A stretch of DNA of 64,000 bases from Pseudomonadota bacterium. GTDB lineage: Bacteria > Pseudomonadota > Gammaproteobacteria > UBA1113. The stretch spans positions 47,407-111,406 of the forward strand of contig JAJYCX010000002.1 in assembly GCA_021778015.1 (NCBI GenBank). The letters run 5' to 3'. The position numbers and the translations under genes were made by a program. Below the pieces are notes generated by a model. The model was not told where the DNA came from, searched no databases, and saw only the letters and a list, made by a program, of their open reading frames with translations. How positions within the stretch are numbered: the stretch's first letter is position 1; each line of letters opens with the position of its first letter. Below, piece after piece: positions 28,544 to 37,698 of this stretch.

Positions 28544-28621
28544 GCAAAAAATGGTGTCTTTGCTGACACTAATGTTAGTTTAATGGATAATCTATTAATG
28601 AATATACAAAGACAGCTATAA
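28544..28621 (+). pseudogene. Possible remnant of a PIN/DUF4411-like toxin N-terminus
   Basis: The frame continuing past the XRE-ImmA stop reads AKNGVFADTNVSLMDNLLMNIQRQL*. ADTNV resembles the N-terminal acidic PIN motif. The nearby ATG at 28551 is out of frame. Confidence 0.2.
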
Positions 28622-28657
28622 ATAAGTTCATAGCGCTAATACAGCCTAAATTATTCT

Positions 28658-29578
28658 CTAACACGTACCATCTTGCGAACAAGGCGATTCGTGGCTGCCT
28701 TTTTCAACCTGCAGGGTAACATGATGTATACTAAATTTTTCTAATAGCTCGTCGTTAATATGGTGAAATTCATCGTCACTTAAACCCTTATTCGGCATCA
28801 CCAAATGCGCCGTTAGCGCTACCTCACGCGTACTTAAACCCCAGATGTGTAAGTCGTGTACCGCTTCTACGCCCGGTAAAGCTTTTAGAAAAACATTCAC
28901 TTTTTCTGGCTCTATGTGTTTAGGTGCAGCATCGAGTAATAGACGTAAAGATTGTTTTAATAGATCCCAAGTACCCATTACAATCACGACGACGATAACC
29001 AGACCAATCAGTGGATCCAAACGCACCCAGCCGGTGTAGTACACAATGATACCGGCAGCCATTACACCAAAAGCCAATAACGCATCCGCCATTAAATGCA
29101 AAAAAGCACCTTTTATATTTAAGTCGTTGGTTCCTTTAGCAAATAACATCGCCGTGCTGGCATTGACGAGAATACCAATTCCCGCCACAACGATGACTGT
29201 GATTTCGTTCACTGAATTAGGATGTATTAATTTGGCTATAGATTCATAAGCGATAATGGCCGAAGCAGCCACCAATAAAAAGGCATTGAGTAAAGAAGCC
29301 AGTACACTACTGCGTTTATAACCATAGCTATAGCGATCTTTAGCCGGTTGTACCATTAACCAACTCGCACCCCAGGCCAATAGCAGGCCTAAAACATCGC
29401 CTAAATTGTGACCCGCATCGGCCAATAACCCCATAGAGTTAGCATAAATCGCATAACCCGCTTCAATGACGGTAAATAAGAAGTTTGCCCCGACCGCAAT
29501 GGCAAAAGAAAGATTAATTTTACTGTAGGCAGAATCTACGTTGTGATGGTGATGATCATGCGAATGTGTGTGAGCCAT
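28658..29578 (-). CDS. Cation diffusion facilitator (CzcD-like Zn/Co/Cd efflux)
   Basis: 306 aa with a His-rich N-terminus (HTHSHDHHHH), 6 TM segments and a C-terminal cytoplasmic domain. Confidence 0.85.
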   Translation of the reverse strand: MAHTHSHDHHHHNVDSAYSKINLSFAIAVGANFLFTVIEAGYAIYANSMGLLADAGHNLGDVLGLLLAWGASWLMVQPAKDRYSYGYKRSSVLASLLNAFLLVAASAIIAYESIAKLIHPNSVNEITVIVVAGIGILVNASTAMLFAKGTNDLNIKGAFLHLMADALLAFGVMAAGIIVYYTGWVRLDPLIGLVIVVVIVMGTWDLLKQSLRLLLDAAPKHIEPEKVNVFLKALPGVEAVHDLHIWGLSTREVALTAHLVMPNKGLSDDEFHHINDELLEKFSIHHVTLQVEKGSHESPCSQDGTC

Positions 29579-29593
29579 AAGAACCTCAATATT

Positions 29594-31321
29594 TTAAACT
29601 TCAGTTATTTTACACTTTTTTTGACATAAATACACGCGCCCCAACACAGGCTGCCCTTGTTGCTCACGTAGGATCACTCGCTGATCCTCTGTTAAATGCC
29701 AACCAGCTGCAGCTAAGACTTTGGTTATATACGCTTTAGGATGCTGATAACGCCCCGTAGTGGCTAAATGAAAAGTATCGTCATCAGGGCCTTCTTCGCA
29801 GCTAAAGGCTAGCCAGCCTGAGGTTTTAGCCTGGTGAAAAGCAAGTTCCAGCAACAAAGATAAATCACCAAAATAGATAAACACATCCGCGGCAATCAAC
29901 ACATCGGCAGCAAAAGCGCGTGTCTTCAAAATATCCAGCAGATCGCCTTCTATCAGTTCATCATAGATCTTTTTATTGCGGGCTATAGCCAACATTCCCG
30001 GTGATAGATCCATCCCTATTAAATGCGCGCCGCTCGCTTGCAAGCGCTCGCCACATAACCCCGTACCACAGCCCATATCGATTACAGTAGCAAGCCCAAT
30101 GGATTGCAATGGTTCTTTTAACAAAGCGCACAATAGATCCGGCGCTTTATAGTGTAAGCTTCCCAACAAGTCTTCATCAAAGCGCTCAGCGTAACGGTCG
30201 AATAAAGTTTGAATATATTGCGCTGGTGGCCGTGGTGGGGCATAAGATCCCGACACCGCTGCTAACCGGAAATTAAAAATTTCGTTATCCGGCGCATATT
30301 TTACCGCTTGTTGAAAATGGTATAGAGCCGTTTGTGTTAAGTTCTGTTTTAATAAACACGTGGCATAATTGTAATGCGCATCGGCATTCTCGGGCAACAA
30401 CGCTGTTGCAGTTTGAAAATGTTCGCACGCCATACCATATTCTTCTTTATCCATAAAAATAACGCCTAAGTTAAAATGCGCGTTGAAGTTAGCTTCATCT
30501 AATTGTAAGATCAAGCTATAATGTTTTATGGCTAATCTATGGTTTTTATCCAACAAATAAATGGCGGCTAAGTTCATATGTGTTATAGCATCATCAGCAT
30601 CTATCGTTAAAATTTGTTTATACAACATAGTGGCCTTATCTTTATCTGCCATTTTTAGATGGGTTGCTGCCAGATTGGTTAAAATGGGGATGTATTGAGC
30701 ATCTCCTTCCAAGCCTTGTTCATAGTATTGTATGGCTTGTGTGAGTAGATTATCTTCTAACGCAAAATTACCTAAATGATAACAAGCCAAAACATTGTGC
30801 GGTTCTATATTATATACTATTTTAAAATGATTCTTTGCTTCTAAGAAATCATTCTGTTTAAGATAGAATAAGGCTAAATGATTGTATGCTGCCACATAGC
30901 CTGGTTTTAGATCTATGGCTTTTTTATAATGCGTGAGTGCCTCATTGTTTTTTTGTAGCTGTACATATAAATTGGCTAGATTATGATGCGCTTCCGCATA
31001 ATCAGGTTGTAATGCTAAAGCCTGTTGATAGTGTTGTAGCGCCAACTGTGGTTGCGCTAATAGTTTATACGTATTGGCCAAATGAACTTGAACTTGTGGA
31101 TGAAACGGTGCACATTTTTCTGCTTGCAAGAAATAGACTAAAGCATTGTTATACTCATTTTCTTGAATAAACAACATCGCGAATAGAACCAAAGCCTCAA
31201 ATTCATCGGGATTGTCTGCCAAAACGGCTTGATAGATTTTTTTAGCGGCGACTAAATCGCCTTGTTGGTGTAGCAACAAAGCTGCAGATAAATCTTTATT
31301 CATAAGAAGTTGTACTCTCAA
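29594..31321 (-). CDS. TPR-repeat protein fused to a class I SAM-dependent methyltransferase
   Basis: There are about 9 TPR units in the N-terminal 370 aa. The C-terminus carries motif I, VIDMGCGTGLCG. Confidence 0.75.
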   Translation of the reverse strand: MRVQLLMNKDLSAALLLHQQGDLVAAKKIYQAVLADNPDEFEALVLFAMLFIQENEYNNALVYFLQAEKCAPFHPQVQVHLANTYKLLAQPQLALQHYQQALALQPDYAEAHHNLANLYVQLQKNNEALTHYKKAIDLKPGYVAAYNHLALFYLKQNDFLEAKNHFKIVYNIEPHNVLACYHLGNFALEDNLLTQAIQYYEQGLEGDAQYIPILTNLAATHLKMADKDKATMLYKQILTIDADDAITHMNLAAIYLLDKNHRLAIKHYSLILQLDEANFNAHFNLGVIFMDKEEYGMACEHFQTATALLPENADAHYNYATCLLKQNLTQTALYHFQQAVKYAPDNEIFNFRLAAVSGSYAPPRPPAQYIQTLFDRYAERFDEDLLGSLHYKAPDLLCALLKEPLQSIGLATVIDMGCGTGLCGERLQASGAHLIGMDLSPGMLAIARNKKIYDELIEGDLLDILKTRAFAADVLIAADVFIYFGDLSLLLELAFHQAKTSGWLAFSCEEGPDDDTFHLATTGRYQHPKAYITKVLAAAGWHLTEDQRVILREQQGQPVLGRVYLCQKKCKITEV

Positions 31322-31381
31322 TATGCGAATCCGTTTGTAGGGGCAGCCACGAGGGGTGCCCCTATAGCTTTTCTCGCATCT

Positions 31382-31981
31382 TCAGGAATTTAAAATATTT
31401 AACAACTTTGCAACCGCCACTGCCCTATGGCTAATCTTATTCTTTTCTGACAACGACAATTGCGCCACCGTGCATTTTTGTGGTGGCAAATAAAATAGTG
31501 GATCAAAACCAAAGCCACTGACGCCAGAAGGTTGCTCTAAAATAATGCCTTCTAAATGGCCCTCAGCAATGAACGGTATAGGATCCAATGGGTGTTGCAT
31601 TAAAACGATAGCGCAATGATAACAGCCCTGACGTTTATCGCTAGGCACCGCCTCCATTTGTTGCAGTAACGCTTGCACCTTTTCCTCATCGCTGGCAGCT
31701 ACACCCGCAATACGTGCTGAATAAATGCCTGGACCGCCATTTAAGGCTGCAACCGATAAACCAGAATCATCTGCTAAAGCAGGCAAACCTGAACGCAAGG
31801 AAGCGTGCCGCGCTTTAATAAGCGCATTTTCAATAAAACTTAAACCCGTTTCTTCAACGGATTCTATACCCAATGAGGCTTGGGAAATAAGTTCTATGCC
31901 CAATGGTGCTAACAAAGGTTGAAACTCTTCTATTTTACCTTGATTATTGCTGGCTAAAACTAGACGCGATAAAATCTTCAT
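31382..31981 (-). CDS. rdgB: Non-canonical purine NTP pyrophosphatase (RdgB/HAM1)
   Basis: LASNNQGKIEEF and GFGFDPLF motifs. Confidence 0.9.
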   Translation of the reverse strand: MKILSRLVLASNNQGKIEEFQPLLAPLGIELISQASLGIESVEETGLSFIENALIKARHASLRSGLPALADDSGLSVAALNGGPGIYSARIAGVAASDEEKVQALLQQMEAVPSDKRQGCYHCAIVLMQHPLDPIPFIAEGHLEGIILEQPSGVSGFGFDPLFYLPPQKCTVAQLSLSEKNKISHRAVAVAKLLNILNS

Positions 31982-31985
31982 AGCA

Positions 31986-32993
31986 TTATTTTCCTAATAA
32001 CATATCGGAATACATAAAATCACGTTTCAAGCCATGTTTTTCAAATAGACGTAATGCGGCAAAAACCATATCGGGCGGACCACTCGCATACACTTGGAAA
32101 TGACTGAGGTCAGCATGTTGCTTTACTACATATTCGTAAATATAACCCACATCTCCAGACCAAGTGCCTGCATCGGGTGCAGACAACATTGCATGATAAT
32201 GAATAAAAGGATAACGCTCTGCCCATTCCAAGGCAAGTTCATGAGCATAGAGATCTTCCCGTTTGCGCGCACCCCAATATAAATAAATGGGACTCTCTAG
32301 AGACAAGGATAGCGCTTCTTCTATTAAAGCTTTCATTTGGGCAAAGCCCGTTCCCGCCGCAAGCAAAATCGTAGGCACCGGTGGCTGATGATGCAAAACA
32401 CAATGGCCGTGTGCACCAGACAATAATAAAGGTTTACCTTCGGAGGCTAAACTCAACATTTTTTCAGCGAAAGCATTTTCTTGCGTGTGCCGTATATGCA
32501 ATTCAATGCGCTGACTATTATCGGCTGCATTAGCGATAGAATAGGCATGGGATTCTTCATCTTGCAATAAATAAACATATTGGCCTGAACGAAAAGGCAA
32601 CGCATCTTCTTTTTTCTGTGGATACAGTTCTAATAATGAAGTATTCGGAGATAAAGCACTATGTGATTTTAATACATAGGCCGCCGTTTGGCCGGGATCG
32701 ATTTTAGGTGCTTCTACACCAGACATTTCTATGACTAAATCGCTTTGCGGTCTCGCGCTACAAAAGAAAGCATAGCCTTCTTCTTTTTCTTCGTCACATA
32801 ACTCTTCTTCGGCACCATTGCTGTATTCTATTTTGCCGCGCAGCACTCTTCCCATACAGGTACCACAGACTGCATTTTGACAATTAAATGGAAAGCTAAA
32901 ACCCTGGCGCAGCGCTGCTTCTAGCACCGTTTCGCCAGGGTTGACCATCAAGATGAGGTCACTCGGTTTAATCTGAACGATATAAGGAACCAC
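31986..32993 (-). CDS. 2Fe-2S ferredoxin / FNR-type FAD-NAD(P) oxidoreductase fusion
   Basis: Plant-type cluster motif CQNAVCGTC, flavin motif HAYS, and NAD motif AAGTGFAQM. Confidence 0.75.
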   Translation of the reverse strand: MVPYIVQIKPSDLILMVNPGETVLEAALRQGFSFPFNCQNAVCGTCMGRVLRGKIEYSNGAEEELCDEEKEEGYAFFCSARPQSDLVIEMSGVEAPKIDPGQTAAYVLKSHSALSPNTSLLELYPQKKEDALPFRSGQYVYLLQDEESHAYSIANAADNSQRIELHIRHTQENAFAEKMLSLASEGKPLLLSGAHGHCVLHHQPPVPTILLAAGTGFAQMKALIEEALSLSLESPIYLYWGARKREDLYAHELALEWAERYPFIHYHAMLSAPDAGTWSGDVGYIYEYVVKQHADLSHFQVYASGPPDMVFAALRLFEKHGLKRDFMYSDMLLGK

Positions 32994-33025
32994 GATAATT
33001 ACTCGCTCCTTTTTCTACAAAAGCA

Positions 33026-34282
33026 TTAGCCTTTCATTGCTTCAAAAAATTCTTCATTCGTTTTAGTTGATTTCAAACGATCTGTCAGAAATTCTATAGC
33101 CGCTACTTCGTCCATAGGATGCAATAGTTTGCGTAAAATCCACGCTTTTTGCAATTCGTCTGGGGTCATTAACAATTCTTCACGACGCGTACCAGAACGA
33201 TTAATATTGATTGCAGGAAAGACACGTTTTTCAGCAATACGGCGATCCAAATGCAATTCCATATTACCCGTACCCTTGAATTCTTCGTAAATAACTTCAT
33301 CCATTTTCGAGCCAGTGTCTATCATGGCAGAAGCGATAATCGTTAAACTACCTCCTTCTTCGATATTACGCGCTGCACCAAAAAAGCGTTTAGGACGTTG
33401 TAGTGCATTGGCATCCACACCACCGGTTAAGACTTTACCTGAAGCCGGCACTACTGTATTGTAAGCGCGTGCTAAACGTGTGATAGAGTCTAGTAGGATA
33501 ACTACATCGCGTTTATGTTCCACTAAACGCCTTGCTTTTTCAATCACCATTTCAGCTACTTGTACGTGTCGAGCAGCAGGTTCATCAAAAGTACTGGCAA
33601 CCACTTCACCACGTACAGAACGCTCCATTTCCGTCACTTCTTCAGGACGTTCGTCAATCAATAAAACAATTAAATAACATTCAGGATGATTGGACGCAAT
33701 AGATTGTGCCAAGTTTTGCAGCAACATGGTTTTACCCGCTTTAGGCGGTGCAACAATCAATGCGCGCTGTCCTTTGCCTATAGGTGCAATCAAATCGATA
33801 GCGCGTGACGTTAGATCTTCGCTGCTACCATTGCCGCGCTCCATGCGCAAGCGTTCATTTGCAAATAAAGGCGTAAGGTTTTCAAATGGGATCTTGTTCC
33901 GCGCCATTTCAGGTGCTTCGAAATTGATTTCATCTACTTTAAGCAGAGCAAAATAACGCTCACCTTCTTTAGGAGGACGGATTCTACCGGTAATGCTATC
34001 ACCCGTACGTAAAGAAAAACGACGAATTTGGCTGGGAGATACATAAATATCGTCCGGGCCATGTAAATAGGATTCATCAGGGTAACGTATAAAACCAAAG
34101 CCATCCGGTAAAATCTCTAATACACCGTGACTGAAAATATCCTCACTATTTTTGGCTTTTGCCGTTAAGATATTAAAAATAATATCTTGCTTACGGGCTC
34201 GTGCTAAATTGGTTAGATTCAGATCTTCGGCTAATGCCATTAATTCAGTCGGTTGCATACGTTTTAAGTCTGTTAGGTTCAT
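33026..34282 (-). CDS. rho: Transcription termination factor Rho
   Basis: FGFIR RNA-binding motif and Walker [10 protein letters not shown] prefer the ATG at 34282 (MNLTDLKRM...). Confidence 0.96.
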   Translation of the reverse strand: MNLTDLKRMQPTELMALAEDLNLTNLARARKQDIIFNILTAKAKNSEDIFSHGVLEILPDGFGFIRYPDESYLHGPDDIYVSPSQIRRFSLRTGDSITGRIRPPKEGERYFALLKVDEINFEAPEMARNKIPFENLTPLFANERLRMERGNGSSEDLTSRAIDLIAPIGKGQRALIVAPPKAGKTMLLQNLAQSIASNHPECYLIVLLIDERPEEVTEMERSVRGEVVASTFDEPAARHVQVAEMVIEKARRLVEHKRDVVILLDSITRLARAYNTVVPASGKVLTGGVDANALQRPKRFFGAARNIEEGGSLTIIASAMIDTGSKMDEVIYEEFKGTGNMELHLDRRIAEKRVFPAININRSGTRREELLMTPDELQKAWILRKLLHPMDEVAAIEFLTDRLKSTKTNEEFFEAMKG

Positions 34283-34319
34283 AAGTACTCGCATTGATAA
34301 TTGTTAACTTTGGGATATA

Positions 34320-34370
34320 TATACTCTTCGCATTTCAAGTTACGTCGCAGCTTAAAATGCTGTGGGTATA
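34320..34370 (+). repeat. Family-3 element, short divergent form, in the rho leader
   Basis: TATACTCTTCGCATTTCAAGTTACGTCGCAGCTTAAAATGCTGTGGGTATA. Confidence 0.6.
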
Positions 34371-34653
34371 CGACTTTAAATTCCAATGAGCCGCATCGGC
34401 AGACAAACTCTTGATAGACAAGTAGTTATCTTCGTATTGCAAATTTGGGGGATTATGTGGATGGGCTCTAATCTTAAAGCTTGGAACCGCCACAGTCAGT
34501 TCATTGAAGAATAATGGTCATACAAGAGAATTTAGCACATACTTTAGAACATTGCAAGACACAATATCCCATATCTACTCTTTTTTTATAACTACTTGCC
34601 CCTATTTCAAGAAATAGCCCATGATCTCGCATGGGCAATGACAATTCACAGCA

Positions 34654-34980
34654 CTAAGCATGCTCACTCAACCACGCTTTTAAATCTGTTTGACTTAAAA
34701 CCCCAGTTTTCGTTGCCACAACACTGCCTTTTTTAATCAATAACAATGTAGGGATTTGCCGTATAGAGAATTTTGCAGGAGTTTCTGCGTGCGCATCTAT
34801 ATCCATTTTAACAAACTTCACTTTGCCGGCAAAGTGCTCAGCAACTTGCTCTAAAACGGGTGCCAACATGCGACAAGGGCCACACCATTCTGCCCAAAAA
34901 TCGACCAGAACAGGTATGTCAGCTTGCAGTACTTCTTGTTCAAAGTCCGCGTCGGTGACATTTGATATCCAATCACTCAT
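34654..34980 (-). CDS. trxA: Thioredoxin
   Basis: WCGPC active site. The ATG at 34980 gives the typical 108 aa. Confidence 0.93.
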   Translation of the reverse strand: MSDWISNVTDADFEQEVLQADIPVLVDFWAEWCGPCRMLAPVLEQVAEHFAGKVKFVKMDIDAHAETPAKFSIRQIPTLLLIKKGSVVATKTGVLSQTDLKAWLSEHA

Positions 34981-35345
34981 AAAATTATACACCTCATTAT
35001 CACTAGGAATTGGCATAATACGCCAATCCCAAAAAAACTGCAATTGAATGGCTTTTTAACGATCTCATTATGGGAGTGTAGTCTTAATACCCATAGCAAT
35101 TAGTTTACTATATAAAAAAAACATTTATAACAGTTTCTTTGTTTTAACCCTATGAAAATATTGATATTTGCGCATTACATTAACTATCTTCTCTATTTTT
35201 TACGGGAAAGTATAGAACTTTATTATTCTTTTTTCATCTTAAACTATTGCATTACACTAAAAAGAGTGCTTATACTACAAAATGCTGCTTTTTGAAGCAT
35301 ACTATTCCCACTAACATTTTACACGTAATTATTGGAGGTTAAAAA

Positions 35346-36023
35346 ATGAGCGTTATACAGCTACAGAAAAAGGAATCTACTAGCGAGCAAAGTTGGTTAG
35401 TACATAATATTAAGCGCTTAATGGCCGCAAAAGGGCTCAATGAAGCAACTCTTGCTAAAAAGACATCTATTCCTCAGCCCACGTTGCATAAGATTTTGTC
35501 AGGCAAAACAGCGGATCCGCGTGTATCGACTCTAAAGTTGATATCCGAATTCTTTAACATTTCACTAGATGCCGTTATTTACACCCCGCCACATGAACAA
35601 TTTGATTTGGCGATCAATGGTGTTAGAAGACAAACGAAGCATATTCCTGTTATCTCATGGCAACAATGTGTAGATGCAGCTAGCTTCTTAACTACATTAG
35701 CTCCCAGCAATTGGGAAGATTGGCAAATCGCGACTGTAAAATCGGAACAGGTTGTTTCTTTGGTCAGTAAAATCAGCATGGAACCCAGATTTCCTAAGGG
35801 TACACTGTTGATGCTAGATTTAAATGCAAAACCCGTAGATGGTGATTTAGTCGTAGTGCATTATCCTAATACGGATGAAGCAACCTTACGACAATTGTTT
35901 TTAGATGGTCCAGTCAAACGCTTAAGCTCACTGAATCAAGAACCTGACTGTGATATCTTGGATGATAAAATACGTATCTTAGGAACTATCATACAAGCAA
36001 CGCGTATTTTTCACGACAATTAG
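35346..36023 (+). CDS. CI/LexA-like repressor (XRE HTH + S24 peptidase domain)
   Basis: 225 aa with an HTH at residues 20-75 and an S24 domain carrying a Ser motif (SMEP) and a downstream Lys. A GGAGG SD precedes the start. Confidence 0.75.
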   Translation: MSVIQLQKKESTSEQSWLVHNIKRLMAAKGLNEATLAKKTSIPQPTLHKILSGKTADPRVSTLKLISEFFNISLDAVIYTPPHEQFDLAINGVRRQTKHIPVISWQQCVDAASFLTTLAPSNWEDWQIATVKSEQVVSLVSKISMEPRFPKGTLLMLDLNAKPVDGDLVVVHYPNTDEATLRQLFLDGPVKRLSSLNQEPDCDILDDKIRILGTIIQATRIFHDN

Positions 36024-36251
36024 GCGCTATTGATATTTAGATGTAGGATCTTAGTTAAGCATTATCGGCTTTTTTAGCGGGTAGTGCTTGATGCGCGCTA
36101 TAGTATCCCCCGATTCTTAGACCACGAAAAGTTAAACGTTTAGAGGTATACTTTGGTGGTATTTGTTAATTCGCGGATTATAGTTTAGTCAACCCTTACC
36201 GTAAATTCAAACTGCTTCTTGATAGAACTAACTATTTTATTAAGGTTTAAA

Positions 36252-36926
36252 ATGCAAAAAACAATACTTTGCTATGGTGACTCTAATACCTGGGGATATG
36301 TTCCCCAGCCACTTACCGATCATAACATTACAATATCACGCTACCCCCGCGATAAACGTTGGACTGGAAGGTTGCAAGATAATTTAGGTGATAAATATTA
36401 TGTTATTGAGGAAGGTTTGAATGGCAGAACAACCAATCTTGATTATCACATTGAACCAGATCGTAATGGTAAAAGATATTTGGCACCATGTCTGTATACT
36501 CATGCCCCTATTAATCTTGTGATAATGGCATTGGGTGGAAATGATTTGAAAGCTTTTTTTGAAAGAGAAGCAGAGGATATTGCGAGCGGTTTGAGCGAAC
36601 TGATTGATGTGGTAAAAAATTCGACCTATGGTCCTGATATGATAACGCCTCCTAATATCTTGATCATCCCTCCACCCATACCTTTGCCAATCATAGAAAA
36701 ACTATATGATGAAAATGGCTGTGCTATTTTTAAAGGGGCTATTGAAAAGTCAAAGAAACTTATAAATCTATACTCTCTGTTATCTACTGAGAAGAAGTGT
36801 TTCTACCTGGAAGATACAGGTGATATTCTGGCATCTAGTATCGACGGGATGCATTTTGATTGTAGCGCTCATGCCAAAATAGCCGATAAAATAGCTAATA
36901 AAATAAAATGTATTTATAGTACTTGA
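36252..36926 (+). CDS. SGNH/GDSL hydrolase (esterase/lipase)
   Basis: Block I YGDSNTWG, block III LGGNDL, block V DGMHF. I prefer the ATG at 36252. Confidence 0.8.
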   Translation: MQKTILCYGDSNTWGYVPQPLTDHNITISRYPRDKRWTGRLQDNLGDKYYVIEEGLNGRTTNLDYHIEPDRNGKRYLAPCLYTHAPINLVIMALGGNDLKAFFEREAEDIASGLSELIDVVKNSTYGPDMITPPNILIIPPPIPLPIIEKLYDENGCAIFKGAIEKSKKLINLYSLLSTEKKCFYLEDTGDILASSIDGMHFDCSAHAKIADKIANKIKCIYST

Positions 36927-36965
36927 CGATGATTGAGTTTACAATAAAAAAGGGTTTAAAAAACC

Positions 36966-37622
36966 ATGGATAGTGAAAAAAAGAAATACACGATAAGTAT
37001 TATTGAAGACAGCAAAATACATAAGGAATGGTTGCTAGTAGAATTATCTACACTGGACAACATAAATGTAGTGAGTGTCGAGTCGCTTGGGCGTGATGGA
37101 ATAAAAAGAGTTAAACATTACAACCCTGATATGGTTCTAATAGATTTTCAGCTGGAAGATATGACTGGTCTGGAGGTTTCAAGAAGGATTAAGGCTTACA
37201 ATAATAATGTTAAGGTGTTTGCCTTAACAGCTCATACAGAGATTTCAATAATTGAAAGAATCCTTAATGATAAAAACATTGATGCTTTAGCCGTTAAAGG
37301 CTCTCGTTATTTTGAACTTAATTTTTTATTGGCTGTTACTTCTGTGCTGGAAGGGGGCACTTATCTTGACCCATCACTCTTAATTAATTTACGTGCTTTT
37401 GGTAATTCGAGCGGGTTAAATCAGCTGACAAAAAGGGAGTTCGAGATATTTGTACAATATAGTTCAGGTAAAGCAGAAATTAAAATAGCAAATGATTTAT
37501 GTGTCGAATTAGCTCATGTGAGAAATTTAAAATCACGCATTTCCAAAAAGTTAAAAAACTATAATATTGATAATCTCATAACAAAATTAGAGTGGAACTC
37601 TCACCCTGATATGGATAGGTAA
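36966..37622 (+). CDS. Response regulator, NarL/LuxR family (REC + HTH)
   Basis: Receiver Asp residues (IIEDS, LIDFQL) and a C-terminal LuxR HTH (LTKREFEIF...). Confidence 0.85.
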   Translation: MDSEKKKYTISIIEDSKIHKEWLLVELSTLDNINVVSVESLGRDGIKRVKHYNPDMVLIDFQLEDMTGLEVSRRIKAYNNNVKVFALTAHTEISIIERILNDKNIDALAVKGSRYFELNFLLAVTSVLEGGTYLDPSLLINLRAFGNSSGLNQLTKREFEIFVQYSSGKAEIKIANDLCVELAHVRNLKSRISKKLKNYNIDNLITKLEWNSHPDMDR

Positions 37623-37698
37623 TCATCTCTTAAACGTAGAACTGTCTTAAAAATGAGGATATAGATATTGATGCGTAATAATGTTATTTTCGGAATAG

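Noticed and set aside
35346-36023. Prophage or ICE inferred from the CI-like S24 repressor
   Set aside because: No integrase, excisionase, capsid, tail or conjugation genes, and no att-like direct repeats, are visible in the neighbourhood. I treat it as an orphan regulator.
35346-36023. Calling this gene lexA
   Set aside because: The N-terminus is an XRE-type HTH rather than the LexA winged helix, and I saw no SOS-box-like palindrome upstream. It is better described as CI-like.
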